From: Fusobacterium necrophorum
GTDB taxonomy: Bacteria; Fusobacteriota; Fusobacteriia; Fusobacteriales; Fusobacteriaceae
DNA: 64,000 nucleotides
Assembly: GCF_004134945.1 (NCBI RefSeq)
Contig: NZ_SBAP01000001.1
Span: 83,401-147,400 of the forward strand
Direction: 5' to 3'
Below are positions 34,414 through 43,490 of this stretch, piece by piece. The position numbers and the translations under genes were made by a program. The stretch's first letter is position 1. Each line of letters opens with the position of its first letter. The notes beneath the pieces are model-generated. The model was given only the letters and a program-made list of their open reading frames with translations, did not search any database and was not told where the DNA came from.

Positions 34414-34987
34414 CGGTTGGGGAATGACGGAAGAGGCATTTCCTCATCTCTCTTTAGATCAAGTGGAAATTATCAATTATCCTTATGACAGGATAGAAAC
34501 TTTATTAAAAAAACATGAAAATGATACTTTGTATGCTGTTGCCTGGTCGTTTGGAGCCTATTACTTTTCTAAACTTCCAACAGAAATTCAAAACCGTTTT
34601 CGCAAAAAAATTGTATTGAACGGACTTCCTGAAAGCTTGGGTCCCTATGGAATTTTACCAAAAATGTGTAAATTCACGCTGGATACACTAAGTCCGGAAA
34701 GTCTGCTTGCTTTTTATAAAAATATGGATTTTCATGGAAGCATTTCAAAAAATTTCACAGATATTCGGGAAGAATTGGAATTTTTTTATAAAAACTATCA
34801 AGTTCCTGCAAATCCTTTTGACTTTGCTTGGATTGGAGAAGAAGATCGAATTTTCTCCGCCAAAAAATTGATTCGATATTATGAAAAAGAAAAAGTCCCT
34901 TATCGTATCTTTCCGGGTGGGCATTATCCTTTTCATTATTTTCAAAATTTTTTAGAATTATTAGGAGATAGTACAGATGACCTTTGA
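34391..34987 (+). CDS. bioG: Pimeloyl-ACP methyl ester esterase BioG (DUF452 family)
   Basis: 198 aa with the DUF452 pattern (FFNGWGM...AWSFG). Overlaps bioF by 23 nt and bioC by 11 nt. Confidence 0.65.
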   Translation: MKWIFFFNGWGMTEEAFPHLSLDQVEIINYPYDRIETLLKKHENDTLYAVAWSFGAYYFSKLPTEIQNRFRKKIVLNGLPESLGPYGILPKMCKFTLDTLSPESLLAFYKNMDFHGSISKNFTDIREELEFFYKNYQVPANPFDFAWIGEEDRIFSAKKLIRYYEKEKVPYRIFPGGHYPFHYFQNFLELLGDSTDDL

Positions 34988-35639
34988 GAAACATTTTAAG
35001 AGCTATGAAGAAAATGCTATTGTGCAAAAAAAAGTCGCCAAAAAATTAGCTCACTTTTTGACCGATCTGGATAAATCGCCAAAAACTATTTTAGAAATTG
35101 GTTGCGGAACCGGAATTTTTTCTCGTGAAATTGTGGAACATTTTCCGAAAGCTTCTTTGAGTTTAAATGATATTTTTGATACTTCCGCTTTTTTGTCCGA
35201 CTTACACTATCAGGAATTTATCTTGCACAATGCCGAAACCATGTCTTTAAAATCCTATGATTTAATTACTTCGAGCGGGTGCTTCCAATGGTTTTATGAT
35301 TTGCAGAGTTTTTTGAAAAAAATTGCTCCCAAAACAGACTGTTTAATTTTTTCAATGTTCCTGGAAGATAATTTAAAGGAAATTAAACAACATTTTCAAA
35401 TTAGTTTGGACTATCCCGGTGTTTCCGACACCATCCGCAATTTAAGAAAATCTTATCCCTGTGTCGAATATCAGGAAGAAATATTTACACTGGAATTTCC
35501 AAGCCCTCTTGCCGCTTTACGCCATTTACAGGCAACAGGAGTCACCGGCATCGGAGAAACCAATATTCATAAAATTCGTTCCTATCCTCATAAAACATTG
35601 ACCTATCGAGTAGGATATTTTAAAGCAAAAAGGTACTAG
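34977..35639 (+). CDS. bioC: Malonyl-ACP O-methyltransferase BioC (class I SAM-dependent methyltransferase)
   Basis: SAM motif ILEIGCGTGIFS. Position in the bioF-bioG-bioC set. Confidence 0.75.
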   Translation: MTFEKHFKSYEENAIVQKKVAKKLAHFLTDLDKSPKTILEIGCGTGIFSREIVEHFPKASLSLNDIFDTSAFLSDLHYQEFILHNAETMSLKSYDLITSSGCFQWFYDLQSFLKKIAPKTDCLIFSMFLEDNLKEIKQHFQISLDYPGVSDTIRNLRKSYPCVEYQEEIFTLEFPSPLAALRHLQATGVTGIGETNIHKIRSYPHKTLTYRVGYFKAKRY

Positions 35640-35665
35640 AATTTTTCCAGTACCTTTTATATTTT
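35626..35665. terminator. Bidirectional terminator between convergent bioC and M42 peptidase genes (stem ggtactag/ccagtacc overlapping the bioC stop codon)
   Basis: aaaaaggtactagaatttttccagtaccttttat: A-run, 8-bp stem, T-run. Confidence 0.65.
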
Positions 35666-35728
35666 TCATTTCTATTTATTCTTATTCCTAAAACTCTCAT
35701 ATCGAAAACCATGACTGTGCCGGCAATA

Positions 35729-36817
35729 TTATAAATAAGCAATCATTAAGTCTACAGTCGCAATAATTCCCTCATTGTGCGTTCTTTCGTAGTGATGAGA
35801 AGCATCCACACTCGGTCCGATACAAGCATATTTAAAGTCAAATCCTTGCAAAATCGCCGTTGTGGAATCCGATCCATAGCGATAATTTACACTTACCGTA
35901 TATGGAATGTTAGCTTGTTCCGCCGCTTCCACCAATTTTTTTCGTAGAACAAAATCATAAGGGCTACGACTGTCTTTTGCAATAATATTGACCTTTTTTT
36001 CATCTCCATGAGCATCTGCCGCCGCTAAACCGATATCAATGGAAATAAATTCATCCAAATCTTCCGGAAATAAAGAAACCCCATGCCCGATTTCTTCAAA
36101 ATTGGAAAAATAGATGTACAAGTCCGTTTTCGGTTTCGAAGAGCTGTCCGCCAAATACTTCAAGTATCCGAACACCTGTGCTATACATAACTTATCATCC
36201 AAATATCTGGATTTAATATATCCGTTGGAAAGGCGTTTGGTTCTGGTTTCATAGGAAACAAAATCTCCTTGTAAAATTCCTAATTTCAAAACGTCTTCCG
36301 CCGTTTTTACATCTTCATCAATACGAACTTCCATATTTTCTTCAATTCTCGGTAATTCTCTTGCCACATCTCCATAGGTATGAACAGAAGCTTTGATAGG
36401 CAACAAAGTTCCCTCATAAGTTTTTCCGGAAAGAGTATGTATCAACACATTTTCTCCCTCTACAGACCCCCAAGCATATCCTCCCGTATTTGTAAGTTCC
36501 AATCGTCCGTTTGCTTTTACATTTCTTACAACCGCTCCCAAAGTGTCAATATGTGCAGAAATCATTTTTCGATAATCTCTATTTTCCCCCTCCACAAAGG
36601 CCAAAATAGCTCCTTTTTTGGTATACTGATAACGAAGTCCGAACTTATCCAACTCTTCCGCAATTCTTTGAATTCCCGAATGAGTATATCCAACAGGACT
36701 TGGAATGGACAATAACTCTTCCGTCAAATCTAAAATATAATCAATATCTACTTTCACTTTCTCCCCCTTATTCTTCCACTTCCAAAGTATATAGACTGTG
36801 TACATTGGTCGGATCAT
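35729..36817 (-). CDS. M42-family aminopeptidase (glutamyl aminopeptidase/FrvX-like)
   Basis: Metal-ligand motifs of the M42 family (SAHIDTLG...EEIGHG...). 362 aa. AAAGGA RBS 7 nt upstream of the ATG at 36817. Confidence 0.8.
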   Translation of the reverse strand: MIRPMYTVYILWKWKNKGEKVKVDIDYILDLTEELLSIPSPVGYTHSGIQRIAEELDKFGLRYQYTKKGAILAFVEGENRDYRKMISAHIDTLGAVVRNVKANGRLELTNTGGYAWGSVEGENVLIHTLSGKTYEGTLLPIKASVHTYGDVARELPRIEENMEVRIDEDVKTAEDVLKLGILQGDFVSYETRTKRLSNGYIKSRYLDDKLCIAQVFGYLKYLADSSSKPKTDLYIYFSNFEEIGHGVSLFPEDLDEFISIDIGLAAADAHGDEKKVNIIAKDSRSPYDFVLRKKLVEAAEQANIPYTVSVNYRYGSDSTTAILQGFDFKYACIGPSVDASHHYERTHNEGIIATVDLMIAYL

Positions 36818-38285
36818 AAATAAATCCTTTGACTCTTGTATTCAATCCAATATTTTTATTTTTTGCATATAAAATGGTCATTGGAGTATCTTCTTGAAGA
36901 ATTAATTGGGCTTCTTTATACAGCTCTTTTCTTTTTTCCACATCCAATTCACTTCTTGCTGCCTCTACTAATTTATCAAATTCAGGGTTGGAATATCTTG
37001 CTCTGTTTCCGGCACTTCCAAAAGATTTTGTATCCAATAGAGGAAATAACACAATGTCCGCATCCGAAGTTCCTGACATCCAACCTCCTAAAAATGCTTC
37101 AAACTTTCCTTCTGCAGTACTTTGTAAGTACGTTCCCCATTCCAGAATTTGAATCTTCATATCAATTCCGACTTCTCGTAAATTTGCTTGAATGATTTGA
37201 GCTGCCTGTTGTCTGTCGGACCCCTCATTGATGGATAAAGTAAAGCTTGGATTTTTCACTCCGGATTCCGCAATCAATGCTTTCGCCTTTTCCGGATCAA
37301 AGCTGAATGGTTTCAATCCGTCATAAAATCCGAAGACATTCGGATTTACAATCGAATTGGTAATCTTCGCTCTTCCCAAATACACGGAATCTATAATACT
37401 TTGTCTGTCAATTGCATAATCCAATGCTTTTCGAAATACTTTATTATGAAAAGGTGCCTTTTGATTATTCAGACAAATATATTCCACAGCGGTTGTCGGC
37501 TTTGAAATCAAAGTCAAATTCTCTTTTGCTTCAATCGTTCCGGAATCAATCGCCGTCATGTCATAGGCGATGTCAATTTCTCCCGTTTCCAATGCTGCTA
37601 AACGACTGCTGTCTTCCGTAATTTCTCGGAAAATCACCCTATCTACCTTTGCTCTTCCTCTAAAGTAGTCATCAAAAGCAATCATTTCAATTTTTTCTCC
37701 ATCTCCCCAAGAAACGAATTTATAAGGTCCCGTTCCCATAGGTTCCGTAGAAATATTTCCTTGATGTTCCTCCACATATTTTTTATTTAAAATGGAAGTT
37801 AGCGGATGGGATAGACTGAATAACAACGGTGCCGAACTCTGCTTTAATATAATTTTAAAGCTTCTATCATCAATCGCTTCCACTTTATCAATATCGGAAA
37901 TCATAATGGCAGAAGCCGGTGTATCTTGCATTCTTTGAAAACTGAATAATACATCATCCACGCTTAAAATGTCTCCATTATGAAATTTTACCCCTTCTCT
38001 TAATGTTATCCAAAGTTCTGTCGGTGTTTTATATTCATAACTTTCTGCAAGCAATGGAGTAATGCTTCCGTCGTCTTCTTTCTTGAATAAGCTGTCATAA
38101 AATTGTCTTGTTACAGCAAGTCCCGGAATCTCATTGTACATATACGGATCCAAACTTTTCGGTTTCGCTCCCTGTGAAACTACCACAAGCTTTTCCTTAT
38201 TCTCCGTTCCCTGTTCTTGCTTCTTCCCACAAGCCGCAAAGAATACTGCCGTCAAAATAACAAATAGTGCTAATACTTTCTTCAT
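36768..38285 (-). CDS. ABC transporter substrate-binding lipoprotein, family 5 (peptide/nickel, OppA/DppA-like)
   Basis: Lipoprotein signal (LTAVFFAAC) and SBP_bac_5 architecture. 505 aa. Confidence 0.8.
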   Translation of the reverse strand: MKKVLALFVILTAVFFAACGKKQEQGTENKEKLVVVSQGAKPKSLDPYMYNEIPGLAVTRQFYDSLFKKEDDGSITPLLAESYEYKTPTELWITLREGVKFHNGDILSVDDVLFSFQRMQDTPASAIMISDIDKVEAIDDRSFKIILKQSSAPLLFSLSHPLTSILNKKYVEEHQGNISTEPMGTGPYKFVSWGDGEKIEMIAFDDYFRGRAKVDRVIFREITEDSSRLAALETGEIDIAYDMTAIDSGTIEAKENLTLISKPTTAVEYICLNNQKAPFHNKVFRKALDYAIDRQSIIDSVYLGRAKITNSIVNPNVFGFYDGLKPFSFDPEKAKALIAESGVKNPSFTLSINEGSDRQQAAQIIQANLREVGIDMKIQILEWGTYLQSTAEGKFEAFLGGWMSGTSDADIVLFPLLDTKSFGSAGNRARYSNPEFDKLVEAARSELDVEKRKELYKEAQLILQEDTPMTILYAKNKNIGLNTRVKGFIYDPTNVHSLYTLEVEE

Positions 38286-38376
38286 ACCTTTCCTCCCTTA
38301 TTTCAATAATATAATTTTATAATTATAAAATTGTAGCACCACTGTGTTATTTTTTCAAGATTATTTTTTTCAAAAG

Positions 38377-38838
38377 TTATTTTTGATATCGTGTCCAATA
38401 TTGTTTTTTCCCAATCAATCCTGCCTTATCAATACTTCCTTTGACTAATAATCTACCATCTTTTTGTAATTGCATATAACTGTGATATGTTTTTCCATTG
38501 ACAGGGGAATAAATATTTCCATGTTCAAATTTATCTTTCTCTTCATTATAATCAAAATTGCTTACAAAATCGATCCCTACCAATTTTCTATGTTTTAATT
38601 GCGGATCCGGATTTTGCAGGTCCATTCTTTCTTTTCCTGCGTACTCTCCTTCTGTGTAAATCGGCATAGTAAGTTCCAAAACTCTCCCGTTATATTTTCC
38701 ATTTTTTGCTTGGTAAATTTCTACAATAATTTGGTTTCCCGTATCCGCTTTCTCCGTAATCCAAGTACCTAATACATCTTCCACCTTTGCATACGCAATA
38801 CTTCCCAATAATAGCATTCCTACTAAAATCTTTTTCAT
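38377..38838 (-). CDS. DUF2147-family secreted protein (paralog 2)
   Basis: Signal peptide plus the same conserved blocks as the 5513-5971 paralog (GTW...GNQIIVEI...GKYNG...ERMDLQNPDP...LVGIDF). Confidence 0.75.
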   Translation of the reverse strand: MKKILVGMLLLGSIAYAKVEDVLGTWITEKADTGNQIIVEIYQAKNGKYNGRVLELTMPIYTEGEYAGKERMDLQNPDPQLKHRKLVGIDFVSNFDYNEEKDKFEHGNIYSPVNGKTYHSYMQLQKDGRLLVKGSIDKAGLIGKKQYWTRYQK

Positions 38839-38889
38839 AATCTCCTCCTAAAAATAAAATACACATGTTATAATATCACATTTTTCTTC

Positions 38890-38935
38890 TTTTTTCCAGA
38901 TATTAAAAAACTCTATGATTTTAATTCAAAACATA
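38890..38935. terminator. Bidirectional terminator downstream of the P-type ATPase gene (stem aactctatg/catagagtt)
   Basis: aaaaaactctatgattttaattcaaaacatagagtttttt: a symmetric hairpin with A/T runs on both sides. Confidence 0.65.
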
Positions 38936-38948
38936 GAGTTTTTTCTTC

Positions 38949-41486
38949 TTATCTATATGTAATCCATTTCACAATCTGCAAAATCACTGTCGGAATAAAA
39001 GCTAAAATATATATCATAAAATATTGTTCCAAACTCAAAGCCGTGATTCCAAAAGTTTTATGTAAAGCCGTCGTAAACAATACTCCATTCAATAGCAGGA
39101 AACCGATTAGAAAAGCGGCAATTGCCATTTTATTTTTCATAAATCCGATTGCAAAAATATTTCGTTTTCCCCGATAATTAAACCCGTGAAACAGTCTTGC
39201 TAAACATAGTACGGAAAATGCCATAGTACTTCCCTTCAAAGCATTTCCTCCTGCCAAGCCGATATGAAACGCAATCAGAATGAAAATAGTGATTAAAATC
39301 CCCTCTAATGAAATTCTTTCCAAGAAATCTCTTGTTAAAATTCCTTCTTTCGGATCTCTCGGCTTTTCATCCAAGACATCTTCATTTCCCGGTTCTACTC
39401 CCACTGCAATTGCCGGTAAACTGTCTGTCAATAAATTGATAAACAATAACTGTACTGCCGAAAAAATTACCGGTAAATTTGCAAAGGATGCATATACTAC
39501 AGCTAAAATAGCCGCCATATTTCCGGACAATAAAAATCCGATGGAATTCTTAATGTTTCGATAGATATTTCTTCCTATGGTAATTGCTCTGACTATCGTA
39601 GAGAAATTGTCATCCGCCAAAATTAAAGAGGCTGCATTCTTAGAAACTTCCGTCCCTGTAATTCCCATAGCAATTCCAATGTCCGCTCTTTTTAAAGCGG
39701 GAGCATCATTTACCCCGTCTCCCGTCATGGCACAAATTTTTCCTAAACTTTGCCAAGCGGAAACAATTCGAATTTTGTGTTCCGGAGATACTCTTGCATA
39801 GACGGAAATTTTCGGAACCGTTTCAATCAACTCTTCCTGAGAAAGCTTTTCCACATCGATTCCTTCCAACACGGAATCTCCCTCTTCAAAAATACCAATT
39901 TCTCTTGCAATGGTTCTTGCGGTAATTTTATGATCTCCTGTGATCATAATAGGTTTGATTCCGGCCCTTCGACATTCCGCCACTGCCTGAACGGATTCCT
40001 GTCTTGGAGGATCTATCATTCCCACAAGCCCTAAAAATACATATTTTTCTTCATCAAATAAGGTAATATCTTTCGACTTCACATATCGATATCCAAAACT
40101 TAAAACCCTCATTCCGTCTTCCGCAAATTTTTCATTGACCAATTTAATTCGTTCAATGTCCGCTTCCGTAATATCTCGTACTTCTCCATCCATATCGATT
40201 TTTATCACTCTGGGAAGTAAACTGTCCAAAGCTCCTTTTGTGTACATGATATATCTATCCTCTTTGGCATATACCGCACTCATCAATTTCCGTTCGGAAT
40301 CAAATGGAATTTCAGCCAGTCTCGGATGCTCATTTTTTAATACCTGTGCGTCATGCCCATAATTTTCTGCCAATACCACCAAAGCGATTTCTGTAGGATC
40401 CCCGACCGTTTCAGTTGCGTCTGAACAAAGAATACATTCTTCCAAAAGCATTTTATGACTTGCATGTTCTGTTTGTAAAGCTGTTTCTTCTAAAACTTTA
40501 GCATCCAAATATAATTTTTTTACTGTCATTTTGTTTTGTGTTAAAGTCCCTGTTTTATCAGAGCAAATAATCGAAATGGCTCCCAATGATTCCACAGATT
40601 TCAATTCTTTGACAATGGCATTTTGCTTTGCCAATTTTTGAGTTTCTAAAGACAATACTATGGTAATAATCGGATTCAATCCCTCCGGAATGGCAGCTAC
40701 TGCTAAAGCAATGGCAAATAGCAGTGATTCCATCATAGAATTCCCGTGATATACATAAATTCCAAAAATTAAGGCACATAGAACTAAAATTACAATGGTT
40801 AAATTCTTTCCGAAACTATCCAAAGCTTTTTGTAAGGGAGTCATTTTTTCTTTTGTTTCTCCCAATAATTTTGCAATGTTTCCGATTTCCGTTTCCATTC
40901 CGATTTTTGTAATTTGAATCACAGCTCTTCCATAATTTACCAAACTTCCGGAATATACTACATTTGTTCTGTCTCCCAAAGGCAAATCTGACATATCCCG
41001 AGTGCTTGGACTCTTTTCCACGGAATTTGACTCCCCCGTCAAAGAATTTTCATTGACCAGAAGAGAATAAGATTCTAAAATACTCGCATCTGCAGGAATA
41101 ATATCCCCCGCTTCCACAAAAACCAAATCTCCGGGAACTAGATCAAAGGCATCAATCTCTATTTTATTTCCATCTCTCATCACTTTGGATTTCGGTGCAG
41201 ATAATTTTCGAAGACTGTCCATAGATTTTTGAGCTTTTACATGTTGTACCGTTCCCATCACAGCATTCACAATTAATACTAAAATAATAACAAAGGTACT
41301 TTCTATATTTCCGGAGACCGCCGATACTATCGATGCCGCAATTAAAATCATAACCAAAGCATCTTTAAATTGTTTCAAAAATACAAGAAATATGCTTTCC
41401 TTTTCTTCTTCCAACAGTACATTTTTTCCATATTGTTCCTGTAATTTTTTCGCTTGTTCCGTGGTCAATCCTTTTACATTCGCCAT
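38949..41486 (-). CDS. Cation-transporting P-type ATPase (PII-type, Ca2+/Mn2+-ATPase-like)
   Basis: Phosphorylation motif CSDKTGTLT, hinge TGDGVNDAPAL and TGES loop, with ten predicted TM segments. Start moved to the second ATG (41486, MANVKG) because GGAGGAG lies 4 nt upstream of it. The track ORF starts at 41498. Confidence 0.85.
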   Translation of the reverse strand: MANVKGLTTEQAKKLQEQYGKNVLLEEEKESIFLVFLKQFKDALVMILIAASIVSAVSGNIESTFVIILVLIVNAVMGTVQHVKAQKSMDSLRKLSAPKSKVMRDGNKIEIDAFDLVPGDLVFVEAGDIIPADASILESYSLLVNENSLTGESNSVEKSPSTRDMSDLPLGDRTNVVYSGSLVNYGRAVIQITKIGMETEIGNIAKLLGETKEKMTPLQKALDSFGKNLTIVILVLCALIFGIYVYHGNSMMESLLFAIALAVAAIPEGLNPIITIVLSLETQKLAKQNAIVKELKSVESLGAISIICSDKTGTLTQNKMTVKKLYLDAKVLEETALQTEHASHKMLLEECILCSDATETVGDPTEIALVVLAENYGHDAQVLKNEHPRLAEIPFDSERKLMSAVYAKEDRYIMYTKGALDSLLPRVIKIDMDGEVRDITEADIERIKLVNEKFAEDGMRVLSFGYRYVKSKDITLFDEEKYVFLGLVGMIDPPRQESVQAVAECRRAGIKPIMITGDHKITARTIAREIGIFEEGDSVLEGIDVEKLSQEELIETVPKISVYARVSPEHKIRIVSAWQSLGKICAMTGDGVNDAPALKRADIGIAMGITGTEVSKNAASLILADDNFSTIVRAITIGRNIYRNIKNSIGFLLSGNMAAILAVVYASFANLPVIFSAVQLLFINLLTDSLPAIAVGVEPGNEDVLDEKPRDPKEGILTRDFLERISLEGILITIFILIAFHIGLAGGNALKGSTMAFSVLCLARLFHGFNYRGKRNIFAIGFMKNKMAIAAFLIGFLLLNGVLFTTALHKTFGITALSLEQYFMIYILAFIPTVILQIVKWITYR

Positions 41487-41506
41487 ATTCTCCTCCATAT
41501 TTTTTA

Positions 41507-41645
41507 ATAAAAAAGACTCTTGATATAAAGCTCCGCTTTACATCAAAAGTCTTGTTACCTAACAGGCTATAGTACCAGATGTATTCACATCGGGATTGTT
41601 GATACTATATTTGAAACTACTCCCTTTTCCATGTGTATATAGAAT
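41507..41645 (-). promoter_or_regulatory. Structured 5' leader of the P-type ATPase gene: candidate metal-sensing riboswitch (yybP-ykoY/Mn2+-like features) with an overlapping intrinsic terminator
   Basis: The minus-strand leader contains GGAAAAGGGAGUAGUUUCAA, matching the conserved GGGAGUAG core of yybP-ykoY. It is followed by a 19-bp imperfect terminator hairpin (AAGACUUUUGAUGUAAAGC / GCUUUAUAUCAAGAGUCUU) and U6, ending 9 nt before the RBS. The CUUUU at the 5' base of the terminator can instead pair with the AAAAG preceding GGGAGUAG. That would be a mutually exclusive P1 versus terminator arrangement. No covariance-model search was possible. Confidence 0.4.
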
Positions 41646-41689
41646 AACATATTTATTATTTTTTTTCAAGAAATATCTGAAAATCTTTT

Positions 41690-42652
41690 TTATTTTTCCT
41701 CTAAAGAAATTAAAGTGGAGCTATTATTTCCCTGTACTTTCGGAAGATGACCGTCCCACTTTTCAATAGCCATTTTTCTTAATAATTGAGGGCTCAAAGA
41801 TTGAGATTCCACTGCATTGGCTTTTGCTCGAATTTCTCTTTCTCTTAGTTCCAACTCGGCTACCTTGACACGATTTTCCTGTTCCACCAGTAATTTTGCC
41901 TGTTCCGCTCTTGCTTTTTCCACTGCTTGTTCTGCAACTTTTTTCGCTTCAATCGCCTTCTCGTATTCATCACTAAAATCATGATTCATAATGGAGATAT
42001 TCGATACATTCAAACCATAGGTTGCAAAATCATCCTTTAAATCTTCAAAAATTAATCGTGAAATTTCAGTTCGTTTTGTTACAAATTCTTCAATGGTATA
42101 TTTTGAAATTGCCGCCTGTACCACTTCTTGCACCCTAGGTCGAATAAATCGACTCTCGTGCTTTCCATTAAAAGCCCGATATAACTTTTCGGGATCGGAA
42201 ATACTTGCCTGTACTGTAAATTCAATAAAAATGGATTGAATATCTTTCGTAGATACCTCTAAAGTAGTATTCGACTCTTCCGTTTTTGCAAAAATGTAAG
42301 ACTTTTCTCTTGTTTCTAAAAAAGTTTTTGATTGAACAAAAGGAATTTTAAAATGCAATCCTTCTTCATCAATCCGGCTAATTTTTCCCCAAGTGGAAAC
42401 AATAGCAACTTCTCCCGTATTTACTGTATAACAGTTTGAAAACCCAATCCCCAAGAAAAACACAAGCACTAAAATTCCAAAAATTCCCATGACAGATTTT
42501 CCTATACTGATATTTTTCATCATCTCCGCTCCTTTGTTTCCATCTTTCATTCTCTCTACTCCTTTTAGTATTTTTTTATCCTTTATTATTTTCCATGTTT
42601 GAAACACAAGAATAGCAAGAATCACTACAACAATTTCCATATTTTCCCCCAA
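41690..42652 (-). CDS. SPFH/band-7 (stomatin/prohibitin/HflKC) domain membrane protein
   Basis: N-terminal TM helices then band-7 domain (YTVNTGEVAIVSTWGKISRIDEEGLHFKIPFVQ) and a C-terminal coiled coil. Confidence 0.8.
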   Translation of the reverse strand: MGENMEIVVVILAILVFQTWKIIKDKKILKGVERMKDGNKGAEMMKNISIGKSVMGIFGILVLVFFLGIGFSNCYTVNTGEVAIVSTWGKISRIDEEGLHFKIPFVQSKTFLETREKSYIFAKTEESNTTLEVSTKDIQSIFIEFTVQASISDPEKLYRAFNGKHESRFIRPRVQEVVQAAISKYTIEEFVTKRTEISRLIFEDLKDDFATYGLNVSNISIMNHDFSDEYEKAIEAKKVAEQAVEKARAEQAKLLVEQENRVKVAELELREREIRAKANAVESQSLSPQLLRKMAIEKWDGHLPKVQGNNSSTLISLEEK

Positions 42653-42662
42653 TTCTTATCAG

Positions 42663-43478
42663 TTAAACAAAATATTCCGGCTCCGCTCTTCTGGTATATC
42701 CTTCTTCCAATTCATGTTGATGATATAAGTACCCTGCATCCTCATAATATTTTGCATCTTCCGGACACTTCTTGATACAGGCACAACACTTAATGCAAAT
42801 TCCGGGAATCTCTCGAACATTCTCAAAAGAGATGGATCCCATAGGACAAACTTTTGCACAAATTTTACAATCTGTACATCTCTCATTGGTCAGAGGTTTT
42901 ACCTTACGAATATCAACAGGATTTCCTTGCCGATCTCTCGGTTGATAATACCAACGATAAGGCTCCGGAGTTCCCTTGACTTCAATCAGAGTTTTATCTC
43001 CCGTTGCTATTTTTTTCACAATTTTATCCGCAAATTCTTCCACAATTTCCATATCTTTTTCATCAGGTCTCCCTGCTCCCAAAATTTTAGAAAAAGAATG
43101 TTCTCCAATAAAAGCTCCTGCCGCAATAGGATAGAAATGTGCCTTTGCTAAAATATCACGAAGTTCTATTAAACAATCATCATAATTTCGATTTCCATAA
43201 AGAGAAATAGGAATTGCCAGAGCTCCTCTTCCTTCTATTGTCGCTAAATACTTTAATAACACATTAGGAACTCTCCCGGCAATCGTCGGAGTTCCAAACA
43301 CAACGACATCCTCTTCTTGAAAAGGCATTTCCAACTTCCTTGCCTTTGGAAGTGTAAAATCGAAACAGTCCCATTCCGTTTCCAATTTTTTTGCTAAAGA
43401 CTTTGCCAATCCTTTGACTACCTTTTCCGTTGTTCCTGTTGCACTGAAATAAGCTGCCCATACTTTCCTAACTTTCAT
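42663..43478 (-). CDS. Flavodoxin-like domain fused to a 2x[4Fe-4S] ferredoxin domain
   Basis: N-terminal flavodoxin-like loop (AAYFSATGTTEKV). C-terminal CTDCKICAKVCP and CIKCCACIKKCP cluster motifs. Lies 12 nt downstream of bioA, co-oriented. Confidence 0.7.
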   Translation of the reverse strand: MKVRKVWAAYFSATGTTEKVVKGLAKSLAKKLETEWDCFDFTLPKARKLEMPFQEEDVVVFGTPTIAGRVPNVLLKYLATIEGRGALAIPISLYGNRNYDDCLIELRDILAKAHFYPIAAGAFIGEHSFSKILGAGRPDEKDMEIVEEFADKIVKKIATGDKTLIEVKGTPEPYRWYYQPRDRQGNPVDIRKVKPLTNERCTDCKICAKVCPMGSISFENVREIPGICIKCCACIKKCPEDAKYYEDAGYLYHQHELEEGYTRRAEPEYFV

Positions 43479-43490
43479 ACCATCTCTCCC

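Noticed and set aside
38949-41498. Track start codon at 41498 for the P-type ATPase
   Set aside because: GGAGGAG sits 4 nt before the second in-frame ATG (41486), whereas the first ATG has no SD. The shorter start is preferred, though either is possible.
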